Shown here: piece after piece, positions 10,458-20,108 of the stretch | How the letters are laid out: every line of letters starts with the position of its first letter | How positions within the stretch are numbered: the first letter of the stretch is position 1 | Assembly (NCBI GenBank): GCA_965655795.1 | Contig: CBFHHY010000009.1 | Span: 169 to 64,168, forward strand | Source of the DNA: an uncultured Schleiferiaceae bacterium | GTDB taxonomy: Bacteria; Bacteroidota; Bacteroidia; Flavobacteriales; Schleiferiaceae | Length of the DNA: 64,000 bases | Direction of reading: 5' to 3' | Translations under genes and position numbers: made by a program | The notes under the pieces: generated by a model | The model's database searches: none | Told to the model about the DNA's origin: nothing | What the model saw: the letters and a program-made list of their open reading frames with translations, nothing else

Positions 10458-12254
10458 TCAATCATTTAATCTTAAAACTGCTAAAAAAGCATCTTGAGGG
10501 ATTTCTACATTCCCTAGCTGCCTCATTCGCTTTTTGCCTTTTTTCTGCTTCTCTAGTAATTTTCTTTTACGGGTAATATCGCCACCATAACATCTGGCCG
10601 TCACATCTTTTCTTAGAGCACTTAGTGTCTCTCTTGCAATTATTTTCGCTCCAATCGCAGCTTGAATTGCGATAACAAATTGCTGACGAGGTATTAATTC
10701 TTTTAATTTCTCACAGAGCCTTCTGCCAATATCATGGCTGTGTTCTTTATGAATAAGAGCGCTTAGTGCGTCAATGGGCTCGGAATTTAACAAAATATCC
10801 ACTTTAACAAGTTGAGATGATTTATACCCAATCGGTTGATAATCAAAGCTCGCATAGCCTCTACTAATTGTTTTGAGACGATCATAAAAATCAAATACAA
10901 TCTCAGCTAGAGGCATATCAAAAGAGAGCTCAACGCGGTCGGTAGTTAAATAGGATTGGCCCGTAATAACACCCCTTTTATCAATACATAAATTCATAAC
11001 ACCTCCCACATATTCCGACTTTGTGATTATTTGAGCCTTAATAAATGGCTCTTCAATTCTATCCAATCCCGAGGGCTCTGGATAATCAGAGGGGTTATTA
11101 ACCAGAAACATAGAGTCTGGACTTGACTTATTGTATGCTTGATATGACACGTTAGGTACAGTTGTTATAACTGTCATATTAAATTCGCGCTCAAGGCGTT
11201 CTTGAATTATTTCTAAATGTAGCATGCCTAAAAAACCACAACGAAAACCATACCCTAAAGCCGCAGAAGTTTCTGCTTCAAATGATAGTGAGGCATCATT
11301 CAGCCTTAACTTCTCTAGAGATGCCCTTAACTCCTCAAATTCTTCTGTGTCGACGGGATAAATCCCGGCAAAAACCATAGGTTTCACATCTTCGAAGCCA
11401 GCTAATGCTTTGAGCGCAGGGTTTTCAACTGATGTAATTGTATCGCCAACTTTTACCTCTTTTGCCTCTTTAATTCCAGAAATAATATAACCAACATCTC
11501 CTGCTAAAAGCTCATTTTTCGGATCTTTGTTCAATCGTAAAATTCCAATTTCATCAGCAGAATAGGTTCTACCTGTTGCCATAAATTTTACTTTTTCTCC
11601 CTTGCTGATTTTTCCACTTGACACCCTAAATATTGCTTCTATTCCACGGAAAGGATTAAAAACAGAATCAAAAATAACCGCCTGCAAAGGCGCGTTAACA
11701 TCGCCCTTTGGTGAAGGGATTCGTGTCAAAATAGCCTCTAGTAAGTTTGGTATCCCATCGCCTGTTTTCGCCGAAACGCTTAAAATGTCTTCTCTCTTAC
11801 AACCAATTAACTCAATAATTTGATCCGCTACATCTTCTGGGTTTGCACTAGGTAAATCAATTTTGTTCATTATTGGAATAATCTCCAAATCATGCTCTAT
11901 AGCCAGATATAAATTTGAAATCGTTTGTGCTTGTATCCCTTGAGCTGCGTCGACTATCAAAAGAGCACCTTCACATGCGGATATTGACCTGCTTACTTCA
12001 TAGCTAAAATCTACATGTCCAGGAGTGTCTATAAGATTAAAACGATAATCCTGTCCATCATGCAAGTAATCCATTTGAATTGCATGACTCTTTATTGTGA
12101 TCCCTCTTTCTCTTTCGAGATCCATATTATCAAGCAGTTGATCTTTTTGCTCACGTGCAGAAACTGTTTGAGTCTCCTCCATCAAGCGATCAGCAAGAGT
12201 GCTTTTCCCGTGATCAATGTGTGCAATAATGCAAAAATTCCGAATATCCTTCAT
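10458..12254 (-). CDS. lepA: Elongation factor 4 (LepA)
   Basis: [32 protein letters not shown] and the LepA-specific C-terminus are present. I prefer the ATG at 12254 (MKDIRNF...) because a TACCTTTG box sits 13 nt upstream of it. The 16-codon ORF-track extension is unlikely to be translated. Confidence 0.95.
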   Translation of the reverse strand: MKDIRNFCIIAHIDHGKSTLADRLMEETQTVSAREQKDQLLDNMDLERERGITIKSHAIQMDYLHDGQDYRFNLIDTPGHVDFSYEVSRSISACEGALLIVDAAQGIQAQTISNLYLAIEHDLEIIPIMNKIDLPSANPEDVADQIIELIGCKREDILSVSAKTGDGIPNLLEAILTRIPSPKGDVNAPLQAVIFDSVFNPFRGIEAIFRVSSGKISKGEKVKFMATGRTYSADEIGILRLNKDPKNELLAGDVGYIISGIKEAKEVKVGDTITSVENPALKALAGFEDVKPMVFAGIYPVDTEEFEELRASLEKLRLNDASLSFEAETSAALGYGFRCGFLGMLHLEIIQERLEREFNMTVITTVPNVSYQAYNKSSPDSMFLVNNPSDYPEPSGLDRIEEPFIKAQIITKSEYVGGVMNLCIDKRGVITGQSYLTTDRVELSFDMPLAEIVFDFYDRLKTISRGYASFDYQPIGYKSSQLVKVDILLNSEPIDALSALIHKEHSHDIGRRLCEKLKELIPRQQFVIAIQAAIGAKIIARETLSALRKDVTARCYGGDITRKRKLLEKQKKGKKRMRQLGNVEIPQDAFLAVLRLND

Positions 12255-12266
12255 GGTTATTGGGCG

Positions 12267-12274
12267 CAAAGGTA
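12267..12274 (-). promoter_or_regulatory. Candidate -7 box (TACCTTTG) for lepA
   Basis: The plus strand reads CAAAGGTA, 13 nt upstream of the preferred lepA ATG. Confidence 0.35.
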
Positions 12275-12334
12275 AGCTATCATGGAATGTAGAAAATATC
12301 AAATTATATGTCTTTTAATTACGATATTTGATTT

Positions 12335-13201
12335 ATGTCTTTACCTAAACGTCCGGCCATGGGCCGCGGGCTATCCGCACTATTAAAACCTGATTCAGGT
12401 CAGGTCCAAGAAACTGTATCCTCAGAAAAAATTATCTCTGACTCTTTTCTCTTAGATATCACCAAAATTGAACCTAACCCCTCGCAACCCAGAACCAATT
12501 TTGAAGAGGACTTAATAAATGACTTAGCCATTTCTATAGAATCTTTAGGAATTATTCAGCCCATTACAGTTAGGAGCATTGAAGATGGGCATTATCAAAT
12601 TATCTCTGGAGAGAGAAGGTACAGGGCAGCCAAAATTGTTGGTCTAAAAAGCATTCCTGTTTTTGTGCGCGTGGCTGATGATCAAGAAGCTCTGGAAATG
12701 GCCTTGGTTGAAAATATTCAAAGACGCGATTTGGATCCAATGGAAATAGCCCTTTCGTACAATAGACTAATGACAGATTGTAACCTAACTCAGCAGCAAA
12801 CTTCTGACAGAGTTGGCAAAAATCGATCAACTGTTGCTAACTACATCGGCCTTCTAAAGCTGTCTCCTCTTGTCCAAGCCGGCTTACGAGATCGAGATAT
12901 TACAATGGGACATGCAAGAGCTCTTGTAGGAATATCCGAAAATTCACAAAGAGATAATCTTTATCATCAATGCATTAAAGGATCTTGGAGTGTTCGCCAG
13001 CTGGAAAAAGCCGTTAGGAACTTAACACAGGAAAAGCAATTGCAAAAAGGTTCTCAAAATATCGAGGCTGCAGATATATTCCAAAAAAAACTCGGACTCG
13101 ACGCCAAGGTTAAGATTAAGCCTGATGGAGGAGGGCAAATAATTTTGAGTTTCAAAAACCTTGATGAGCTCTCAAGAGCTCTTGAGAGAATGGACGATTA
13201 A
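12335..13201 (+). CDS. parB: Chromosome partitioning protein ParB/Spo0J
   Basis: The ParB N-terminal box IEPNPSQPRTNF, the CTP/arginine patch GERRYRAAK, an HTH region (TQQQTSDRVGKNRSTVANYIGLL) and a C-terminal dimerisation region are all present. Confidence 0.92.
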   Translation: MSLPKRPAMGRGLSALLKPDSGQVQETVSSEKIISDSFLLDITKIEPNPSQPRTNFEEDLINDLAISIESLGIIQPITVRSIEDGHYQIISGERRYRAAKIVGLKSIPVFVRVADDQEALEMALVENIQRRDLDPMEIALSYNRLMTDCNLTQQQTSDRVGKNRSTVANYIGLLKLSPLVQAGLRDRDITMGHARALVGISENSQRDNLYHQCIKGSWSVRQLEKAVRNLTQEKQLQKGSQNIEAADIFQKKLGLDAKVKIKPDGGGQIILSFKNLDELSRALERMDD

Positions 13202-13203
13202 AT

Positions 13204-15339
13204 CTAGTTCAATACCATTTCATCAATAAGGTGTTTGGCACCAGCGTATTTATCTACAATAAACAATACATAGCGAATATCTACGCTAATGGTACGTTGA
13301 ATTTGATCTTCAAAAAAGATATCTCCTGACATTGCTTCCCAGTTTCCATCAAATGCTACTCCAATCAACTCTCCTTTTGCATTAATGAGTGGTGATCCTG
13401 AATTCCCTCCAGTAATGTCATTGTTAGAAATAAGTCCGACAGGCAAATCTCCATTTTTATCTGCATATTGACCATAGTCCTTATTCTGATAGAGCTCTTT
13501 CAGCTTTTTCGGCACAAAGAATTCTGGATTCGTTTCGTCTTCTTTTTCCATAACACCGGAAAGAGTAGTGTAATAATCATATGTCACACCATCTTTTGGT
13601 TCATATGAACCAATGCTACCATATGTCATTCTCATCGTACTGTTTGCATCAGGTGACCAGTCCTCATTAGGTAGCATTTCTCTTAGGCCTTTGGTCAAAA
13701 GTCTATATCCTTTTTCCTTTTTTGAAGAAAGCTCCTCATTCATTGAGCCAAAATATGATTTTCTAAAATCTTTAGCTATTTGAACGAGCGGATCATCTGC
13801 GAGAGTAGAACTATCAGGATTTAAGAGAAAACTCATAAACCGGTCTTCAGACATAAAAATAGAAGTTTCATAAATGCGATTTGCATATGCCTCAAATGAG
13901 CTATCCGTTTCTTTTACTTTCTTTAAAAAATCTGGCTGTTGGTATTTGGAGATTTTATTTGAATACATTTTAAATAATGTCGCCATTAAATCACGATCAC
14001 ACTCAGCATGAAATTCGGAAAAATGGGCTTTTGCTCCCTCCAAAATTCTAGGACGAATTTTTTCTAGCATCGCTGGGTTTTCAAGTGCACGTTCTAATCC
14101 GCCTAATGCCCGATATGCAAATAGTGCTGATGATGGGCCGGTAATTAGTGCCTCAACTAAATAAACTCTATTTTTTACCGTTGAGTCGCTTCCTGAATAG
14201 TATTCTTTTAATAATGATAAAGTCTCACCATATTCAGATTTTCGTTTCTCATCCTTTGAGACCCAGTTCACAAATCTTGATTCTAAATCAGTTTTTTTCT
14301 CAAAAACATTATTCTTAATTAATTGCTCCGTTTGGCCGATGTAATATTTCCAGTAGTTTGCTGTTTTCGCGTAGGATGAAGCTAGTATAATCTTTGTCTT
14401 AGGATCCGCGTTCATGTAACTTCTCATTACCTTTAATTTTTCGTCACGAACCTCCACAACAGAAGGATTGTAAATATCTATTGCCTGCTGAACACCCAAA
14501 CTCGAAAGGTATCGATCAGTACTTCCTGGATATCCCCATACCATTGTAAAATCGCCTTCTTCAACTCCTTTTAAACTAATAGGTAAAGAATGCTTGGGGC
14601 GCAAAGGAATATTGTCTTCGCTATAGTCTGCTCCTTTACCGTCTTTGTTTGAATAAACTCTAAATATTGAGAAGTCTCCTGTTTGTCGTGGCCACATCCA
14701 ATTATCTGTATCTCCACCATATTTACCTACACTGCTTGGCGGTGCGCCAACCAAACGTACGTCACTAAATTTTTCATAAACAAATAAATAAAACTCATTA
14801 CCATGATAAAAAGATTCAACGGAGGCCTGGTAATCAGTCTTTTCCGTCGCTTTCGATGTTAGGGCTCTTGAGGCTGCCGATATGGCCATAGCTCTCTCTC
14901 TTTCTGACATCGTATCGCTAAGTGATTTATTTATTTCTTTTGAAACATCTTCGATCCTAATCAAAAAATTTACAAAAAGCCCGGGGTTAGATTTCTCTTC
15001 CTGCAGGTTCATGGCCCAAAAACCATCTTCGAGATAATTATTTTCTAGAGTAGAGTGTTTTTGAATTGCATCATATCCACAATGATGGTTTGTTAAAATT
15101 AAACCTTGATTTGAAATCACCTCACCGGTACAAAAACCGCCAAAAGAAACTATTGCATCTTTTAAAGAACCATTATTTACATCATACAAATCTTTTGCGG
15201 AGAGTTTTAGTCCCGCCTTTTTCATATTCTTGTAATTAAGTTTCTTTAATAATAAAGGAATCCACATCCCTTCATCAGCACTTACTGGATTTGGAAAAAG
15301 TAGTAATAGAGCTAGTAGGCAAACAAGTATTTTTTTCAT
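13204..15339 (-). CDS. S46 family dipeptidyl-peptidase (DPP7-type)
   Basis: The signal peptide is followed by the family signature ADEGMWIP. The catalytic His is in TNHHCG and the catalytic Ser in GGNSGSP. The residue 18 positions after that Ser is Gly (FDGNWE), as in DPP7, not Arg as in DPP11. I prefer the start at 15339 (MKKILVCLL...). Confidence 0.9.
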   Translation of the reverse strand: MKKILVCLLALLLLFPNPVSADEGMWIPLLLKKLNYKNMKKAGLKLSAKDLYDVNNGSLKDAIVSFGGFCTGEVISNQGLILTNHHCGYDAIQKHSTLENNYLEDGFWAMNLQEEKSNPGLFVNFLIRIEDVSKEINKSLSDTMSERERAMAISAASRALTSKATEKTDYQASVESFYHGNEFYLFVYEKFSDVRLVGAPPSSVGKYGGDTDNWMWPRQTGDFSIFRVYSNKDGKGADYSEDNIPLRPKHSLPISLKGVEEGDFTMVWGYPGSTDRYLSSLGVQQAIDIYNPSVVEVRDEKLKVMRSYMNADPKTKIILASSYAKTANYWKYYIGQTEQLIKNNVFEKKTDLESRFVNWVSKDEKRKSEYGETLSLLKEYYSGSDSTVKNRVYLVEALITGPSSALFAYRALGGLERALENPAMLEKIRPRILEGAKAHFSEFHAECDRDLMATLFKMYSNKISKYQQPDFLKKVKETDSSFEAYANRIYETSIFMSEDRFMSFLLNPDSSTLADDPLVQIAKDFRKSYFGSMNEELSSKKEKGYRLLTKGLREMLPNEDWSPDANSTMRMTYGSIGSYEPKDGVTYDYYTTLSGVMEKEDETNPEFFVPKKLKELYQNKDYGQYADKNGDLPVGLISNNDITGGNSGSPLINAKGELIGVAFDGNWEAMSGDIFFEDQIQRTISVDIRYVLFIVDKYAGAKHLIDEMVLN

Positions 15340-15380
15340 AGGAGAGCGAAGATAATAATTGTAATCTAAATGCTGTGATC

Positions 15381-16166
15381 TCAAATTTTGGAGTGAATAC
15401 GATCCCAAAGTGTAAGTCTTGCTTTTAAAGCTTCCATACTGGCGGCCTCAACTTCTTGCCACTTTATATCATCGTCCTGACATAAGTTATGTATCATTTT
15501 CAAAGCCATTGGGCCATGCTCATCTCCATCAAGCTCAATGTGCCGATCCAAATAATAAACAAATGCAGAAAGCTCTGAGGGGTGGTCCTCATAAAGTTTT
15601 TTAACCAAAGAGGTGAACATATCAGGAATCAAATCCTCTCTACCAAATGTAAATGCTGCTGCAATTTCGTGGGTCTTTCCACGCTTAATGATTTTTTGAG
15701 TACTTCTTATAAAATTCATACAATCCTCATCTGCTTCTGAGATGTTAAAGCGAACTATTTCCCTTTGATTAAAACCTTCCTCTAGCTTTTGAACAAATTT
15801 TATAATAGGTCGAGTTTTAGCACCGGCTTGCCTCATTGCATCTAGATATAGTTCATAATGACTTGCAGGATTCCCATTCAAGTCAACATCACTTTCTTCA
15901 GCACAAACTATTTCATTTATTAATTTTCTTGATGACCTATCTTTTGTTGGTGTCCATGCTGATTTAATAGATGTTAAATCTTGCTGCAATGCTTTTAGCA
16001 AGCTCATAAAATCCCAAACTGCATATATATGATGCTCCATGAAAACACGAACTTCTGATAATGATTTCATTGATGAATATAACTGGTGATTTAGAATTTC
16101 TTTTCTTAATGGATCTATCTTTCTATTAAGACTTATTAGTCGAAAATCCGTATTCAGATCTTGCAT
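15381..16166 (-). CDS. DUF3050-like (heme-oxygenase-fold) protein of unknown function
   Basis: 261 aa. VRVFMEHHIYAVWDFMSLLKALQ and the later HIELDGDEHG resemble the DUF3050 family, as recalled from memory. It follows DUF2480 with a 1-nt gap. Confidence 0.65.
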   Translation of the reverse strand: MQDLNTDFRLISLNRKIDPLRKEILNHQLYSSMKSLSEVRVFMEHHIYAVWDFMSLLKALQQDLTSIKSAWTPTKDRSSRKLINEIVCAEESDVDLNGNPASHYELYLDAMRQAGAKTRPIIKFVQKLEEGFNQREIVRFNISEADEDCMNFIRSTQKIIKRGKTHEIAAAFTFGREDLIPDMFTSLVKKLYEDHPSELSAFVYYLDRHIELDGDEHGPMALKMIHNLCQDDDIKWQEVEAASMEALKARLTLWDRIHSKI

Positions 16167-16167
16167 T

Positions 16168-16674
16168 TTATTTTTTGTTCGATTTTATTAATATGTTACT
16201 ACATGCTTCACCATACATCAATTTCTGTGCTGTTAAACTTAAATGCATTGCGGCTTGCAAATATGCAGAGTCGGGCACCGGGTATTGACCGCATCCTTTT
16301 AACAATACTTTTTTCCCTGAGAAATCTGACCAATGGACACGAGATAATCGCTGGGCATAATAAGCCTGAAGCGCTTCGTTTTTGCTACCAGAAGTAACAT
16401 ACAAAGCTTCTTTAGCAACTGAATTGGAGGCCATTGGCCAAATCCATTGAGGTAATATTGCCTCTTTTGAGCAAAAAAAAGTAACTAATTGATCCCTAAA
16501 AATTGAGGGGTCCATTTTTGCAAAAAAATCTCTACATTTTTTTTCTCGCATCACACCATTGTCGAGCATCGGGGCAAGATCAAACTCAGAAATTCCTGCT
16601 GGGGGGAAATAATCTTCAAGGTCAAACACCACCAAAGATTTTGATTCTGAAACCCTATTTCTTATTTCTTCCAT
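16168..16674 (-). CDS. DUF2480-like protein (SUF-associated in Bacteroidota), unknown function
   Basis: 168 aa. FDLEDYFP, LLKGCGQYPVPDSAYL and MYGEACS match my memory of the DUF2480 family. Confidence 0.6.
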   Translation of the reverse strand: MEEIRNRVSESKSLVVFDLEDYFPPAGISEFDLAPMLDNGVMREKKCRDFFAKMDPSIFRDQLVTFFCSKEAILPQWIWPMASNSVAKEALYVTSGSKNEALQAYYAQRLSRVHWSDFSGKKVLLKGCGQYPVPDSAYLQAAMHLSLTAQKLMYGEACSNILIKSNKK

Positions 16675-16684
16675 CTTGAAAAAT

Positions 16685-18133
16685 TTATTTTATATCATAA
16701 AAACGATATCCAGTCTCCAGATCCTTTTCGCCAATTTTTTTTAGACTAAAACCACTAGTTTTTGAAATTGGCAATTCCAATTTACGTTGATGCAAATCTT
16801 CATAGGTTTTAAAATCGATTTTTATTGATGAGTTCAAACTATCAAATAAATTAATTCCATGTATTTGATTTTCAAACAAATTTTGTATTGTGCCTGAAAA
16901 CACTTTTGACTTTGATCCAGAGCCATAGGATAAAAAGCCTATTCTCTTATTTTTAAGATTCTTTCCTTCTTCTGGACTCAAAGATATTTTGCTAAGGAAT
17001 GCCATGAATATGGATGCTGTATACATATTTCCAATGCGTTGCGAAGCCTGCTCTCCTGGTGCTATTTTTTCCTTTATGATTTTTTTAAATAACTCTGATT
17101 TACTCCAAAGTCTTATAAACTGTCTTTTATCACTTACCTCAGTTTCTTTCTCACCTATTGCTTTCTCGATCTCACTTAATCGGCCAGCTTTTCTGTAAAG
17201 ATCCAAGGAAATCTCTGGCCACATTCTTCTGCCTTGAAAAGCATATGGCAAATGAAATATCATTCCATCCCAATCATCAAGTACGTTTTGCGATCTTTTA
17301 TTTTCATACCGAATTAAAGCTTCCCGAACTCGAGAGACATAACATTCATTCGAAAAGGGGCCATCATAGATAGGAAATTCAAGAAATTGATCAATGATAT
17401 TCATAGGTGTGCCCCAAAAGCCATCTGATTTGGATTCTAAACGTTTTACGACTTCATCAGTCAATTTTTCTAACCCAAGTAAATTTGAAGCCTCTTGTAA
17501 TAATTCTAATTTTTTAAATGTTCTTCTAGGTTTAAAAAAGTCTCCAGTGCTTTGAATTGATACAGCAAAATCTGAATCCAAGGCTAAGATTCTTGGATTC
17601 TTGGAAAGGAGCATGGATACTGCTCCTGCACCCTGAGTGTATTCACCTGAACTAGATGGAGAATATTTTGCCACATCTGAAGCCACCACAATCGCTTTTC
17701 TATCTTTTTTTATCGAGACCCAATCAAGTGAGTTTTGAAATGCATCAACTGCGCCAACACAAGCAAAAGTCATGTCAACGACATCGCAATGTGATAAAGA
17801 CCTAGGGCCATAATTAACTTCCAACTTTCTTTCAAGAAGATCCAACACATATGTTGATGTCGGTTTGGCGGCATCAACTGATGACTCCGTTCCCAGATAA
17901 ATTCTTCCAATTTCCTTCGGGTTTAGACACTCGCGTTCAATCAATTTCCATACTGCATCAGCAGCAAGTGTAACAACGTCTTCATCTAAATCACAGACTG
18001 ACATGGACTTAAGACCAAGACCAAACTTTAATTTTTCAACTTCAAGACCTCTAGCTTCTGCCAAATCTTCTATCGGTAATGTCAATCTTGGTAAAGAAAA
18101 GTTGATGGCGTCAATCCCAACATTTTCATTCAT
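16685..18133 (-). CDS. Hydroxymethylglutaryl-CoA synthase
   Basis: The N-terminus VGIDAINFSLPRL, an active-site Cys context (DMTFACVGAV), FHLPYAF and GNMYTASIF match HMGS catalytic motifs. Its ATG overlaps the sufT stop codon (ATGA at 18130-18133). Confidence 0.85.
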   Translation of the reverse strand: MNENVGIDAINFSLPRLTLPIEDLAEARGLEVEKLKFGLGLKSMSVCDLDEDVVTLAADAVWKLIERECLNPKEIGRIYLGTESSVDAAKPTSTYVLDLLERKLEVNYGPRSLSHCDVVDMTFACVGAVDAFQNSLDWVSIKKDRKAIVVASDVAKYSPSSSGEYTQGAGAVSMLLSKNPRILALDSDFAVSIQSTGDFFKPRRTFKKLELLQEASNLLGLEKLTDEVVKRLESKSDGFWGTPMNIIDQFLEFPIYDGPFSNECYVSRVREALIRYENKRSQNVLDDWDGMIFHLPYAFQGRRMWPEISLDLYRKAGRLSEIEKAIGEKETEVSDKRQFIRLWSKSELFKKIIKEKIAPGEQASQRIGNMYTASIFMAFLSKISLSPEEGKNLKNKRIGFLSYGSGSKSKVFSGTIQNLFENQIHGINLFDSLNSSIKIDFKTYEDLHQRKLELPISKTSGFSLKKIGEKDLETGYRFYDIK

Positions 18134-18459
18134 AGCATTCCCAGTTCTAAACGTGCTGATTCACTCATCATATCCTTTGTCCAAGGAGGGTCAAATGTGA
18201 TTTCAACTTCTACCTCATTAGCTTCAGGAATGGTTTTTACTTTTTCTTTTACCTCCAAAGGAAGAGATTCAGCGACTGGACAATTCGGTGAAGTCAGAGT
18301 CATAAGTATATGAATATCAGCATCTTCACTAACCTCAATATCATAAATTAAACCTAGCTCATAAATATCAACAGGAATTTCAGGGTCAAAAATTGAATGA
18401 AGAACCTCTATGGATTTTTCACCTAATTTTTGCATATCATCATCATTCATTTCCTTCAT
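18130..18459 (-). CDS. sufT: Fe-S assembly protein SufT (DUF59/MIP18 family)
   Basis: 109 aa with FDPEIPVDIYELGLIY and TLTSPNCPVAE motifs. It lies directly downstream of sufS-sufE. Confidence 0.85.
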   Translation of the reverse strand: MKEMNDDDMQKLGEKSIEVLHSIFDPEIPVDIYELGLIYDIEVSEDADIHILMTLTSPNCPVAESLPLEVKEKVKTIPEANEVEVEITFDPPWTKDMMSESARLELGML

Positions 18460-18488
18460 ATTTCTTTTCCTTCATATTTCTTTTCCTT
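18451..18488. repeat. Tandem duplication of the 16-mer TTCCTTCATATTTCTT (two full copies plus a 6-nt partial third) at the sufE/sufT junction
   Basis: Read directly: 18451-18466 is identical to 18467-18482, followed by TTCCTT. Copy 1 carries the sufT ATG (18457-18459). Copy 2 carries the sufE TGA (18472-18474). Confidence 0.95.
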
Positions 18489-18897
18489 GAAATGCAACGC
18501 CATATAATCTTATTTGTTTTACCATACTGAGTAAACCATTCGCTCTTGAGGGAGAAAGGTGTGTAGTTAATCCTATTTCTTCCAGAAATTTAAATTCGTA
18601 ATCAGCAATATCTTCTGGGCTCTGACCGTTAACCACTCTCAGTAATAACGCAATCATCCCCTTAGTAATTACAGCGTCAGAATCAGCATCAAACTGAATT
18701 GTTTTATCTTTTAGTCTAGCATTCAACCAAACTTGACTCTGACAACCTTTTATCTGGTTTTCATCGGACTTGTCCGCATGCGACATCTGTTTTAAATCTT
18801 TTCCCAAAGAAATAAGATGAGCATATTTATCCATCCAGTCTTCAAAAAAAGAAAACTCTTCAATTATATCGTTTTCAATGTTTAAAATTCTTTGCAT
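18472..18897 (-). CDS. sufE: Cysteine desulfuration protein SufE
   Basis: 141 aa with the SufE signature KGCQSQVWL and a C-terminal LSPSRANGL. Its start overlaps the sufS stop (TAATG). Confidence 0.9.
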   Translation of the reverse strand: MQRILNIENDIIEEFSFFEDWMDKYAHLISLGKDLKQMSHADKSDENQIKGCQSQVWLNARLKDKTIQFDADSDAVITKGMIALLLRVVNGQSPEDIADYEFKFLEEIGLTTHLSPSRANGLLSMVKQIRLYGVAFQGKEI

Positions 18898-20108
18898 TAT
18901 TTCAAAAGTAAAATGGCTTTTTTCAGACCTGTAAGAAATAAGTCGATATCCTCTTTGGTAGTGTATGCTGCAAGGCTAATTCGAATCGTACCTGGAATAT
19001 TATAACACGACATAATTGGCTGAGCGCAATGGTGACCCGTTCTAACTGCAATTCCCATTTGATCTAAAAGTACTCCAACATCGTATGGGTGAGCGTCTCT
19101 TACATTAAATGAAATCACTGCCGCTTTTTCTTTTGCTTCTCCATAAAGTATCACCTCTGATATTTGGTGCATCTTTTGAGTCGCATATTTTAGAAGCTCA
19201 TTCTCATGAATTTGAATTTTTTCAATACCAATATCGTTTAACCAATCAATTGCAACTCCCCAACCAATTACTCCTTCAATATTTGGCGTTCCCGCTTCAA
19301 ACTTATGAGGCAATCCTGCATATGTACTATTCAAGATATGTACGTCTTCTATCATCTCTCCGCCGCCTTGGTAAGGGGGTAACTTCTCTAACCAATTTGA
19401 TCGACCGTACAAAAATCCAACTCCTGCAGGACCGTACATTTTGTGGCTAGAGCCTACATAAAAATCGACATCTAGATCTTGAACGTCAAATTTTAAATGC
19501 GGCATTGCTTGGGCTCCATCTATTAAAACGCAAGCGCCTACTTTATGTGCAGCTTTAATTATTTTTCGAGCAGGGTTTATTGTTCCAAGGGCATTACTAA
19601 TATGATTAAAGGCGACTACTTTTGTTTTGTCATGAATTAATGACTTTAAATTAGAAACATCTAACTCTCCATTTGGAAGCAACCTTATGTATTTCAATTT
19701 AGCCCCTGAATATGAAGCAAGCATTTGCCATGGAACCAAATTACTATGATGTTCTATCTCTGTGACTAGAATTTCGTCACCAGCCTTGAGAAGAGACCTA
19801 AAGCCATGAGCAACTATATTTATTGACTCAGTTGTCCCTTTTGTAAAGATGACCTCGTAATTATGCTTAGCGTTAATATGATATCTTAATTTTTCACGAA
19901 CTAATTCAAAAGCGTCTGTTGCTTTATCGCTTAAAGTATGGACACCTCTGTGAACATTACTATTGATGCTTTTATAATAATTTGAAACCGCGTTAATAAC
20001 CGCCTGCGGCTTTTGAGTAGTTGCAGCATTATCTAAATAGACTAATGGCTTTCCGTTAATCTTTTGACCTAAAATGGGAAATTGATTTTTTACGTTCAAA
20101 AATTTCAT
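18897..20108 (-). CDS. sufS: Cysteine desulfurase SufS (class V aminotransferase, group II)
   Basis: 403 aa with YLDNAATTQKP, the PLP-lysine region SSHKMYGP, and the active-site loop RTGHHCAQP. Confidence 0.93.
   Translation of the reverse strand: MKFLNVKNQFPILGQKINGKPLVYLDNAATTQKPQAVINAVSNYYKSINSNVHRGVHTLSDKATDAFELVREKLRYHINAKHNYEVIFTKGTTESINIVAHGFRSLLKAGDEILVTEIEHHSNLVPWQMLASYSGAKLKYIRLLPNGELDVSNLKSLIHDKTKVVAFNHISNALGTINPARKIIKAAHKVGACVLIDGAQAMPHLKFDVQDLDVDFYVGSSHKMYGPAGVGFLYGRSNWLEKLPPYQGGGEMIEDVHILNSTYAGLPHKFEAGTPNIEGVIGWGVAIDWLNDIGIEKIQIHENELLKYATQKMHQISEVILYGEAKEKAAVISFNVRDAHPYDVGVLLDQMGIAVRTGHHCAQPIMSCYNIPGTIRISLAAYTTKEDIDLFLTGLKKAILLLK

Noticed and set aside
12255-12302. N-terminal ORF-track extensions: lepA here, also S46 to 15408, EnvC-like to 29999, ileS from 36368, rimP to 6796, ACMSD to 22459, ABC to 55905, GNAT from 57983
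   Set aside because: The extensions either start at TTG/GTG or add residues before the conserved N-terminus or signal peptide. They would also create long overlaps with neighbouring genes. An internal ATG, supported by motif position or a -7 box, is preferred.
19109-19450. 113-aa ORF antisense to sufS; similar cases are 62426-62767 opposite paaZ and 37386-37700 opposite ileS
   Set aside because: Each is nested antisense within a conserved enzyme gene, with no independent signals.
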